Source of the DNA: Sphagnum compactum
Lineage: Eukaryota
NCBI GenBank assembly: GCA_965153455.1
Contig: OZ234493.1
Coordinates: 27,146,213-27,210,212 of the forward strand
Length of the DNA stretch: 64,000 nt
Direction: 5' to 3'
The notes under the pieces were generated by a model. The model worked only from the letters and a program-made list of their open reading frames with translations, was not told the DNA's origin and searched no databases. The translations under genes and the position numbers were made by a program. Below are positions 26,701 to 38,735 of the stretch, one piece after another; within the stretch, counting starts at the first letter, position 1; every line of letters starts with the position of its first letter.

Positions 26701-29700
26701 CCAGATTCGTGGTGAAAAAGTCTCCAGTGATTATCTGAAGCGGCTGAAAGAAGCACGGACAATTTACAGAGAGGATTTGATTGACTGTGTACGTCAATGT
26801 ACTTGGTATGTTTTGATGGGTCAAAATTCTCTTCTTGTCAGATTCCACTCCCATGTCCTTTAAAGACTTCTGCATGCATTGGGTTTTAGTTGTGAATTGC
26901 CAGTTCCAATGTTGTCATAGCATTTGTGACTGTTTCACATGGCTACTGCATGTTCATCATTTGGCTCTCATCACATTTGTTGTGTACAATGTGTAGGTAT
27001 CGAGTCACAATGTTTGCCAGGTGGAAGCTCAGGGGGATGTATGCAACATGCATGTGGCTTGTGCAGTTGTTGCTTGTGCTCAGCAAACGGGATCCTTTGT
27101 TCAGCTACATACCAGAGTTTTATGTTGAGACCCTGGTGTGTGTTCTCAGTCAACTTCTTTCCATATGGGATGCTTCACTTAGTTGGCAGATGGTTCATTT
27201 TTCTCAGATGCATTTTTGCCGGTCTGATTCAGTTCAAAGCTGGAGATGCCTCATCTGCAAGAACAGGTTAATGGGGGGGCTTGAACTGATGTCAAGGGCG
27301 TTGTCATTACTGCAGGTGGACTCTTTCCATGCTTTGCGCAGAAGCGATCCACCATTTGTTTCACCATCCTCCCTTTTGCAGCAAGGGCTCTCTCCTCTTG
27401 TAATCCGCTACATCTTTCTGATTTTTTCTGTCATTCTAGTTTCTCTTCGGTGGGGCATGAATTCCATACTGATAAACTCCTTGTGCCTTTTTTTTGCGCA
27501 GGTGATGTTCCTTGTCACACATTTCAGCGATGTCAGGATAGTGAATTCAGACATCCGAGATATTATCTTGCAGTCAATTTCTGTATTGGTGCAGTACAAG
27601 GAGCATGTTGTTGCATTTGAGCGCAGCCAAGCTGCCCGTGAGGGTATGGTGGGGTCTCTTTTAGCTTCATTTGACAATCGCTTCTGGATACCTGTCTCCA
27701 ACATTCTGTTACGTCTTTGTAAGGGCTCAGGTTTTGGAGCTTCCAAATGCTCATCCCATGGAGAGTCCTTCTCCCCTCATTTTCAGGTGGGTGCAACTCC
27801 CAGGACATTTCTTCTACTTGTGGTCACTTATGAAAAGGAGATGTTTCTGCCCTCTACACACATATTCTTTTTGCTTCATAAACTGTCAGAATGAGAGTGA
27901 CAATCTTTATGGCTTTGAGGTGTTGCGTCTTACCTGGGATTGTGCTACTCTGTGTGCAGCGGTTGCTGAAAGAGAAATGCATTGTTGATGAGAAGCTGTT
28001 TGCCTCATTCCTGAATCGGTTGTTCAACACACTCAACTGGACCATCACTGAGTTCTCAGTTGCCATTAAGGAAATGCAGGAAAATGTTGATCGACCTCAG
28101 GTATTTTCCTTGCCAGTATGTATGGGAAGGTCCAATGTACAGTGCTGAATTTTGTGGTTCAAAAGCTGTACATTCTAAGTGGGGTTTTGCCACAGATGTT
28201 GCTTGGGTTTGTTAATCATGAGTCCAGGCTGCTGCTGTTGTGCCAGGAAAGAAATCATTTCATGGAAAATGCCTGTAGATACAGATCTCTATGATTGCTG
28301 TCATGTCTGTAAGGAAGGTCCCATTTGGGAAGGTGATATCATGGTGTTTTTTCCTATGCAGGTTCAAGATTTGCAGCAAAGGAAATGCACCATTATGTTT
28401 GAGCTATCATGCAATCTGGAAAGGATATTGGAATTTTTCACTCAGGAACTGCCACAGGCCTTCCTACAAGGGCCTGAGATGAACCTGATCCGACTCTGTG
28501 AGCTGATCATCTTTGTACTTAATCACACAACCTGTAGTGCTGATGCCCTTTTCTTTGACAGGTTATATTCATACCCTCATCTCTCTCTCCCTCTCCCAAA
28601 AAAAAAACCAGAAGAGTTTTGGCTTCAGTTTGTTGATAAATTGCCACTGAAAGGTGAATCCTGGACACACACAGAGTATATGCATCAATTCTGTATATTC
28701 AATCTTGTGAGAGGAAAGGCAGTTTCTTACTCTAGACGTGGTGATTGAGAATTGCAGTGAGACTCTATTTGTTAGTTACAGTGAGACAAGCTTTTTCACT
28801 GTGGTCTGTTGCTGGTTTGCAGCACTGTGAGGCAGCAAGGCCAATCCCAGGAGAAGGTGAATAGAGCCATGATCTTGGCTCCACTTGTGGGCATTGTGTT
28901 AAATTTGAGAAATGCTACCATGGTTCCTAATCATGGGATGACATATGACTTGGCACATGCGATTGTGAGTGTGGACATATCTGCAGCAGTCATCTCAAAT
29001 TTCCAATACTTGATCAATTACAGCTGGGTAAGAGTAGTGATAAACCTGATGGTTGTCATGAAGGTCTCTTTCAGTGCTACCCAATGTCTCTGATTGAGTC
29101 TTCAGGTTGCTTCCAGAAATGTGATATAAACTCAGGATGCAGATGTTTGTACCAATGTGTTTGGCCTGAGAATTTGGCCAGATTTATCTGCACCCACCAT
29201 TGGAAGCTGATGATGTCAGTGGGGTAGACATGGCAGCTTATCACGAAGGTGATGGTCTGAAACTTCGTGAGTGATGCTCATGAGGTTATGGCTGCACTCA
29301 CAATCATGTTACCTTTCAAAGTGTTATTGGAAAGTTTTCTCTTCAGTTTTGTACACATATGTAATCTTGTGTTTGTTGACCTACAATGTTCAGGAATCAT
29401 TTTATCCAGTATCTGTGTGGGATCCAGGAATCTCTGTTTCTTGTCCCTTATCAATCTTACTTGGACCTGCAGGATGTCACTTTCAAAGGTGATCCATCAG
29501 TCAGAAGAGTAGAAGATCTCAAGGCTTTCATGTCAAAGCTCAAAGTTGAGTGGGAAGAGGCAAAGAGATTAGCAAGTCAGGAGGAGCTACATGAGCTTCT
29601 TACAGCTGATTTGTGCTCTGGTACCTAACCTCCCCCCACTTTGTTTCTCCATGCTGACAAAAATCTAAGGACTCAAAAGACTGCAGAAACAGTCTCACCA

Positions 29701-30233
29701 CAATACCAGCACTGTATTCAATCTCTTCTCTTTCTCACTTGTGTGAAGAAGATGAACATGGGGTGAGGGTAGTAAACCACATGCACTGGTCTTATTTTTT
29801 TGGGGGTATATCTTTTTGTGCATTACTGCAAACGGCATGGCAATCAGTTTGGATCTATCTCTCATTCTGGGTTGAACCCTTTATTGCAGATATACTTGGA
29901 GGAAGCTTGGCAATCGACAGGGAAGAGACATGCAGTATTTGCTATGCTTGTGAAGTGGACACAATGTTCATACCTTGTAAGCACCAGTCTTGCCAGCGCT
30001 GTATCTCAAGGCACCTCCTCAATAACCAACGGTGTTTTTTCTGCAACTCAACAATCTCTGAACTGTGCTCTATGTTGCCACCAACAACAACCACTCCACT
30101 GTGTGCTGCGGGGGTCAACAGTCAGTGCCCAGCAGCTGCAGATTCTAATGGGACTTTGACTCGAAGTACTACCGGGCATGACTTGCAATCTCATTCAAGC
30201 CGAGGTTCACTCTCAAGGTTACATAACATCTAA
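23752..30233 (+). CDS. RKP: E3 ubiquitin-protein ligase RKP (KPC1/RNF123 homologue), SPRY + C-terminal RING; 12 coding exons: 23752-25398, 25549-25853, 25950-26499, 26642-26805, 26997-27135, 27316-27399, 27502-27786, 27960-28100, 28362-28561, 28823-29027, 29473-29620, 29890-30233
   Basis: SPRY domain (FSSARSNACVWKGRWMFEATLGTAGIQQLGWAT...GVGDAVDSYAYDGKRVRKW...GDVIGCCIDLD...CELNFGGRPFKYP); conserved RKP blocks YIPEFYVETLVDSFHALRRSDPP, FDNRFWIPVSNILLRLCKGSGFG and FLNRLFNTLNWT; C3HC4 RING CSICYACEVDTMFIPCKHQSCQRCISRHLLNNQRCFFCN. Introns read as GT-AG and in phase. Confidence 0.95.
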
Positions 30234-31469
30234 AGCTCTTTTGATTCTACCGCATGTAACCCTTCACACAGGAAACATATACTTGCATAAAAGGAATATG
30301 TTCAGCAGTGCCTGTCTATGAACTTCAGCAGTAGTGATTTTACTTTGAAAGCCGATGCAGTTGTACATTTGGGGTTGTGGTTTTTTGCCTTGTTACACAC
30401 TTGATAATACATGTTACATGTGTTGCATCAGTGAGGCAGGTTGAGCGTAGCCCTTAAGGGCATTGCTGCTGCCATTGATGCTCCACTCACAGATTGGTTG
30501 GTTAGCTTGTCCACATGCTTATTTGGACAGATGAATGTCAAAGCAATCTTCTTGCTCACCCTTCTTCTACAGTATGCTAGTTTTGGGTGTGCCCTATGAG
30601 AATTGTGCAAGTGTCGGGTTGTTTTTTTACCAATTGTTTAAGCAAATCGTTTCTTTGGTTTTGTCTTAATAAAAATCTGGAGATTTTCAAATTAGTTGAC
30701 TGTAGACTTGCTCAATATAATGAAAATCTGATCATAGAAACAGAGATCCACAGAGTTTTGCAGATCTGAAATTCTTGTTGGTTGATTGATCATTTGTATC
30801 TTGTAGTTCTTCAACTTAACTAGTCAACTGGCCCTTTTACAGTTTAGGATTTATGGGTTCTGTTAGAGTGCAAAACTTTTTTGACCCTCAAAGTTTTGCA
30901 TTAAATTCTCTGTTAAATTCAACTGGCCTTTTAAAGGCTAAGGGCTTTTGTGGTTTTGTAGAGTGTTAAAACACTCTTAAAAGTTTTGTATTGAATTCCT
31001 CTGTCAGATTTAACTGGCCTTTTGAGCGTTAATGGTTTCGATGGTTTTCTACATTGCTACACTCTACAAATGTCCACATGTGTTATGATTCCTCTTTCAG
31101 CAAAAACTCTATTGCAACAGCCCATAGGAGGGAGCAAGGTTTAGTTGGAATTCTTCACACAATGTTTGCAATGTTTGAAGGTAGGACATTGAGGCTCCTC
31201 TTGAGACAGCCTTTGCAATGTCCTAACTTTGAATGTCCTACTCTCAAGACACTCTTCCTCCAAGCTTAGAAGCAATGCTGCAAAACCATATAAATCCTTA
31301 ACCCTAGAAAATCTTTGTTAGGGTTAAGGATTTATATGGTTTTGCGAGAGTTTAAAATGTCCTCTCATGTCATGCCCAATTTGGAGTGTTGGTCCTTAAT
31401 TGGGGTGACTTCAAGAATAGCTCAAGAGAAGAAGGGTAGAGTTAGAGGCCAAAAGGAGACTCAAATGGA

Positions 31470-32090
31470 GCCCAAAAACAAGGATTCACTTTATTCTAAG
31501 GTGATGGGCCAATCAATGTGGCCCCTTCCAAAAAATAAAAGAAAAAGTTGTGAGCCACACCCATGAACTAATAACTAACATGAATCACACTATTACCTAT
31601 GTCCCACACGGTTTGAGCGCCTCCCATTAGGGCGGAGCCAAAAATGGTGACAAACACTTATGGACATTGAAGTTTCATGCAACCAATGAGAAGGCTCAGC
31701 ATGCAATCATGAGGGGTCTAGTTTTTTTTCTTTAATGGGGGGAGGGAGGGGAAGATTTTGTTTTTTTTCACCTTGTTCCCAATGTGTTCCCATCATATTC
31801 CCATGGGGTTCCCAAAGATGTCCCCAATAGCTAGCACCTCAGTTCTATCCCATATGATTTTGTTCAACTCTCATGTACATAAACTGAAAAGGCTGGCACA
31901 TTTGTTTCTATTTTGCAAGTGGGGGACCAAAGAGACGCTTCTATTGGGGAGTGCTCATTGTTCAACTCTCATGTACATAAACTGAAAAGGCCGGCACATT
32001 TGTTTCAATTTTGCAACTGGAGGACCAAAGAGACGCTTCTATTGGGGAGTGTTCAATGTTCCCAAAGAATTGGTGACGCACCCTTGTGAA
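31470..32090. repeat. Dispersed repeat family member with an internal ~99-bp tandem duplication (31859-32056); related inverted pieces at ~32730-33140, ~40250-40400 and ~41015-41540
   Basis: TTGTTCAACTCTCATGTACATAAACTGAAAAGG...GACCAAAGAGACGCTTCTATTGGGGAGTG occurs twice in tandem. Motifs GTGATGGGCCAATCAA, TGTTCCCAATGTGTTCCC and CATTGG.TGCATG recur as reverse complements in the other regions. Confidence 0.6.
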
Positions 32091-35000
32091 ATGTCCACAT
32101 GAATCCCTCTCTCTTCCCCCCCCCCCCAAATTGTAAACAAAAGGTTAAAAACTAAAGACACATACTAAAGACTTGTGAAATGTCAATATTTCAAGACATA
32201 CTATGCTCACAACAAGTGGAGGTGGAGTAGTAGCACTGAATTAGGTCCCTTTTTCTTTTTTTTTCCTCTCTAGAAAAAAAAGACAAAAGATGATGTGGAG
32301 TATAAATTGGAAAAAAAAGAAAGACATAGGTGGCAAGAAACAGGAGTGACACAACTTAGTGTTGTGAGATCAAATGATATAGGGTTTTGAAAGACACAAA
32401 AACAGGCAGCACAACAAACAGCCTTGTAGTGAAAGACATGTTACTTTGACAAATTCTCTACCAAGGCATTCATGTCCATTCATTCATTCCTTCTTTCCAA
32501 TTCTCTCCCACAACAAAAGTTAATGAATTCGTAATGGAATGAAGATATTGAATTTGGTCATTGAAGATTATGATTTTATACAAAAATGAGGAAATTGCAC
32601 AGTTATCTATCTACACTTACGTATTACCACAACAATTTTTATAACAAAAGAATGACCCCCTATTTCAAAAATAAATGCACTTACTCCCATTATGCAAGGG
32701 TAACCCATGTTAATTAATTATGGTGGACCCTCAAAGGTTTATTAATTTTCTTGCTTTTGTGATGGGTGTCAATTGATTAGCCCATCACAAAAATAAATAA
32801 TTAAAAAAAAAAATCGAGGTTTGAACTTTTAATCCCTAAATGGACATATTGTGGTTTGTGATCCTTTTGAGCTATTTATATATAGGTTACAGGAGTGGAA
32901 CTTAGGGCAAAGGATATGGGATAAAGTGGGGTGCTATTGAGAACATGTTGGGGAACAACAAAAATACAAAAAAAATCAAACATCCCATGGCCCCCAACCC
33001 TCCCCAAAAAGAAAAAACCTGGACCCCCTCTGGGTGTATGCTGGCTCATCTCATTGGTTGCCAAGGGTTTTTATGCTTACCTCTGGTCATTACCATTTTT
33101 GACCTAGGCTAATGGCAAGGGCACGAACATGGGACATAGCATATATCCCAAAACATGCCCAACAAAAAGTGTAGATATGTAAATCTAAAAATTTGAGTGT
33201 GTATGTGTAAATAATTTTATTAATATTAACTCTAGGTTTTAGTTTTCTTTAATATTTTAGAATTGGAAAACCACCAGTTTTTTTAAAAAAAATATTAAAT
33301 CAGAATCAAAGAACTGCCCGGTTTGTCATGAAAGAGCCGACGGTTATAAAGGTGATTATTTGATTTTAAATTTTTTTCAACTGTTGAGAACCATCGTTAA
33401 TACATAAGAAAAACTAGTTCCTCGATTTTCTTGAGAACCACGGTCATGAACCCTAAGTACTGCCCTGATAACTGCCTGGGTTCAAAGTTTCCTCCAACTT
33501 CACATCCCAACCCAATGATGAAAGGGATTCAAAGGCCATGCAAGAAAGGAGAGAGAAGACTCCATGGAAATTAATTTGAGTGTTATGAGACCCCAACAGA
33601 TGAAAAATCCTTGGATTGGAGGCATAGTTGTTGTTCCTCTTGAGTGTCAATTAGGACTAACATTATTCCTCAACTAATCAATGATTTTCTTTTTTTTTCT
33701 AATACCTATCACCCATATAATAGGGTTCAAAATTCAATTGCACCTAATACTACATAATAGTGCCAATTCCACAATTAAAAGTGAATTTTATTGACCTTGC
33801 CAAATACAAAGCTATTACCCACAAGGATTTGTTTTTCAATTTTTTGTATATTGAAATTTTTTCTAATTTTCTAACCAAGAAGCAACATTAGTCAACTTTA
33901 CACTAAGGGAGAAAATAATAGTTAATAAATCAATAAATCCAAAAATATTCTCAATTTTTTGGTCAAGAAAGCAACAAAATTGTTGGGGAAAAAAAAACCT
34001 TGCTACCTATTAGGGTAGAACAACTCGTCACCGATTAGTGATGGCCTCCGATCAAGGATTTAGCCATGTAACATATTCGTTTTAGTTTTGTTCTCTGGTG
34101 ATGATTAATCAAAAGTTCATTTATGATTGATCGTTTACCCATGTGTGAGATGTGCAAAATTTTTTAATTGTTTGATGATTTTAGGGGAATTTAATGTTCC
34201 TTAATAAGGTATAAGACAACCACCTTTTATTGTGAAAAATTTAAGAGCCCATCAATTTCTGATCAAATTTGTACAACTTCTTGATTGGTAATGGGGGTCC
34301 AAGGTTACTTTAAACAACAAGGAGATGATTGCAAATTTGAGGTTTTGAACACATAAAATTGTAATCAAGTCCTTAGAAATGAGACATTTTGTGTATAGAA
34401 AACAACATCCAAGAACACAAAATTGAACTCTTATCTAATTGTTCCTAAAAATTTGCCCAAATTTGGGGTAGACACCAAAACTACAAACATGTCAATCAAC
34501 CCATTAAGAGCTAGCTTTGGATACCAAGGAACAAGAACCAAAAAAACAAATGCAAGATTTTCCAACCACATTTCATATGAATCCATTTTTCCCACCAAAA
34601 ACCACTTAGTAGGAACGAAAGAAATTCTTAGCTTGGAATTCCTATAGTAAGAACTGTAAATTCTAAATATGTCAAATCTAGTAGCAAGTTCATTGCAAAA
34701 GTTTCAATCATTCTTGGAAAGACTACAAGGTGAAATCAATAAGAAAATAGACTTAGATTTGGTTGCAATTGAGGTCAAGCAGGAAGTAGATGGTATAGTC
34801 CCTATTGTATTTTAGCTAATGAAGGAAGTAGAAGAAACAATTTGTGTTGAAATTGAGATCAAGGACAAAGTAGAAGATCCTACTACATTTGGGATCAAAC
34901 AAGAAGTAGAATTTAATTGCAAAATCTAGGAATAGTGTTAGAGAAAGCGGATTTAAGTGGCATACCAAAGTTGGTGCAAGAATACACAAACAAATATTCA

Positions 35001-35649
35001 CAATACTTATATTATCGTTGGGTTCACCAATATGCAATTTTACAATTTTCATCACATTTTAGAAGTAGCAGAAGTCATAGGTTTCCCTCTCTTCCATCAA
35101 GACACACTTTGAGATACATTCCCACTGCCTTCACATCAACAACAAATGTCACATTAAATTGGAAAGACTTTGTTGAATGGTATGAACTGTTTGTTTCTTG
35201 TGAGGAAGTGGAAACATATGCATTTAATCACTATCCATATTTGACACACTTTTTAATCTTTTGGTCATCATACAAGAAATTTCAGTTGTATTTAGGAGGA
35301 CCTGACAGGACACCCTCAAGTGCTTGGAGGTTGGGCCGCGGAGGAATAAAGTTGAGATGAGAAGACCAATGGGAAAAGAGGCCTTGCAATCTGTACCACG
35401 ACATATGCGAAGTGGACCACTTGTAAAGTGTTCATTAACACATCTCAATGTGCTAATAAAGTGCTAGAGTGGGGTTTTAAGTCAAAGTTATGAATATCAA
35501 GAAAATCAACGGCCCCAACTTGGAACCTTAGCAACACAAGACCAACAATAATCTCAACTTGCCACATAGCCATATCAACAACACAAGATTAGCGAACCCA
35601 TCTGGCCATAAAAAAAAATAGATTACCTACTACATGTAGAAGCAACAAG

Positions 35650-37230
35650 TAGAGGTAAATGGACAAACTAACAACTAGAAGATGCCATGAGCAGGAAAGT
35701 GGGCCTTCAAGGTGTGTTAATAGAAGTAGAGGTTGGAGCAATAGTTAGTTGGGTTTTGAACATGCAAAAAACTAGCTAATTTGTCACCTTACAACAATTC
35801 AAATTAAAGGTAGCTGAAGTTACACAAACCAAATCCATGCCCTTCCGAAATGGTGTTCAAGGAGGAAGCTAGTGATATTAGTTCAAAAAAACACCATCCA
35901 AAAATCAATATACATCTTGCAAAAGGGTTAAAGGGTTGACAAGTGCAACATTCCATACCTTTTACCAAAACCTAGAGAACCTATACACACAACACAAGTA
36001 CCCACCAAACCACATTTGAAATTAAAAATAAAATAGGGATTTAAGCAGGGCGATAGACTAGTGCCCAAGTTTTGGCTAGGCGAGGTTTATGGGAAGTTTA
36101 TAACACCATCCTTAAGTCTCGAGAATGGCTGACTATTAACTGTGTTATTAATGCAATAGTTGGGGTAGCATTACTTGCCTTTTACAACTTCATAGGTTCA
36201 CAAATGAAAAAAGATTACATAAAATTATGTAGACCAAGATCATGCGTGGCCATGTAAAAGAAAGCTTAAATGATTACATACCTATTCAACCAATGGTTTA
36301 TTGTCTCTTGTAGATTTTGTACCAAGGGGGATTTCTCAATAGAATCATCGCTTTTTAATTCTGGATGGCCATGGATCACATGTCACAATAGAAGCACTTG
36401 AACAAGTTGTAGAATTTGAATTGGACATGGTCACTTTACCTGCTCACATTTCACACGTGCTCTAGCCCTTAGATGTGACATGTTTCAAATCATTTGAATA
36501 TACATTTTGAAAGGAATGGGATGCTACCATGGTAAATAACTTTTTGGAACCAAACAAAATGACCTTGGCAAAATGGGTGAACAAAGTTTTACAACAATCT
36601 TTGAAAAAAGAAAACATTAAACTTGGGTTTAGGGTTTGTGAAATTTGGCCATTGAATTCTATTGCCATGACCTCAAGTTTGGTCCAAATGAGGTTTTCAC
36701 TATAGCAGAAGAAGAGGATCCTGGAAATTCATACCATTTAGATGCAATAGTGCAAACCAACAATAGTGAGGATGAAGCTAAAGTTGCCATAGATTTATTG
36801 AATATTGTAGGAACTTTTCAAGGAGTAGCTATAGTAATTCGCACCAAAGTTGAATGCCCTTTTTCACCCACACCTCGTTACTATGTAAAAATGCCATGTA
36901 GCCCTACCACCCCAACAACTAGCCTTGAATTAGTTATGAATTTAGAGGATCCTTGTCTTGAATCAAATGACTTAAATGTCTCATACCAAACCCAACAAGT
37001 TCTTGCATTAGCAAACTTGTTATTTCTACCACGACTACCAAAAAGGAGGATTATTGGGAAGGAATCACTAATAGACTACTCTAATTCACATGTCATGACA
37101 TCTGACCAATACTTGCTAGTGTTCAAGCAAAAATCAATGGACAAAGTTAGGGAACTCAAAGTAAAAAAATTACAAAAAAAAGATCAAAAAGGTTTCAAAA
37201 TGCATTTACCCCAACCGGGTGAATAGCTCA
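35650..37230 (+). mobile_element. Decayed pogo-type (Tc1/mariner superfamily) DDE_1 transposase pseudogene with CENP-B-like HTH
   Basis: Broken reading frames give KWTN*QLEDAM...LQQFKLKVAEVTQT..PFRNGV...FKKHHP (HTH region), FYQNLENLY...YPPNHI*N, KSREWLTINCVINA, and the DDE_1 core LILDGHGSHVT...MVTLPAHISHVL*PLDVTCFK (~36355-36490). Many stops and frameshifts. Confidence 0.85.
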
Positions 37231-37769
37231 AAAGATCATTGAAAAGGAGTAAATAACTAGGTTTAATCAAACATGGTCTACTATTGCAATTAGGGATGTT
37301 GGTGAATGTTTTCACAACAATTTTAGAGCAAGATTTTGAGCCCATCCTTCAGATGGAGGGTTTGGCTTCGAAATCACATTTGCATAACAAAAATCTACTA
37401 AACAACAAATGGCAAGGATGCGGCTTGCTAGACATAACCTAACTAGGTTGCAATTCTCTTTTCAATAAGAATAAATGAGGGGGTAAGGGTTTATGGTTTA
37501 GGCTTTAGTGTCCTAGACTATGATCATGATGGGTTTAAGGTGCATCAGTGTGTCTAGAAGGGGAGAAACAAATGAAACATGAGTCAAATTGTCTATTGAT
37601 GGCAATGCATAAAAAGAATTGAAGTAAAGGAGAAAAAAATGTTGTAGGTGGAAATGGGTTTAAGGTTTACAAAGTAGAAGCAAAGGGAAAGAAACGTCTA
37701 TAAAACAGGAGAGATTAGAAGAAAATGAGGTGACAATGGAAATTTAAAGTGGTAGAAAAAAAAAAAAAA

Positions 37770-38240
37770 GGTGCATTCAAGAAAACTTTGATTTAAAGGA
37801 GGTTTAGGGTAATAGAAAGGAAATGGAAGGTGCATTCAAGAAGATTTTGGTAGAGGAGGTTTATAATGGTATAATAGAAATGGAGGGTGCACTTCTAGAG
37901 GACTATGGTAGAAAGATTTTAGGGTGACAAAATGGCAATGGAGGGTGCATTCTAATAGACTGTGGCAAAGAAGGTTTAGGGTGATAGAGTGGAAATGGAG
38001 GGTGCATTATGGAGGATTCGAACACAAAAGGTTTAAAGTGATAAAGTGGAAATGGAGGGTGCACTTTGGAGGGTTCTAATAGAAGAGGTTTAAGGTGATA
38101 GCGGAAATAAAAGGTGCATTTAAAAGGACTCTAGAAAAGGAAGGTAAGGGTGGCAAATAAGGAATAAAGAGTGCACTCAAAAGGAATGTGGTGATGGAGG
38201 TTTAAGGTGGTAGAAAAGAATGAGAGGTGCATTGAAGCCC
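37770..38240. repeat. Degenerate 57-bp tandem repeat (~8.5 copies)
   Basis: (G/A)GGTGCA(T/C)T....GAGGTTTAGGGTGATAGA.TGGAAATGGA units start near 37770, 37828, 37884, 37942, 38000, 38057, 38112, 38168 and 38225. Confidence 0.85.
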
Positions 38241-38439
38241 TTTTGATTGTTGTGGAGCCTGGGTGTTCCCAACTATTGTCAAACTCGAACCCTTTTAAAT
38301 GTTGTTGACCTTTTTTTAACACACCTTCGTACTTGAGCGACAACAACATCCACAATGAGATGTTGATGGGGGACAAAGCACTAACATGGTGATCCATGAG
38401 TGATTAACATAAAAAACAAGGCAACAACAACACAAGAAT

Positions 38440-38735
38440 GAAAAGAAAAAGACGAGAGAGCTCAAGCCTTCCTAATTGTAGAACAATGGTGATGGTGATA
38501 GACATATTGACAAATAAACCGAGGATGCAAAAAAAAAAGCCGAGAGAGTTAGGACCCTTTTGATTATAGAACAATGGCAATGGTGACAGACATGTGAACA
38601 AATAGATTGTGGATGTAAAAAAAGAACTTGGAGAGTTGGGCCCTCCTAATTGCAAAAAATGGTGATGGTGATAGACATGCGGATAAATAAACCGGGGATG
38701 CAAAAAAAAAGTTGAGAAAGTTTGAGCTGTCACGA
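38440..38735. repeat. Degenerate ~86-bp tandem repeat (3-4 copies)
   Basis: GGTGATGGTGATAGACAT...AAATAAACCG.GGATGCAAAAAAAAA...GAGAG recurs at about 38488, 38576 and 38661. Confidence 0.7.
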
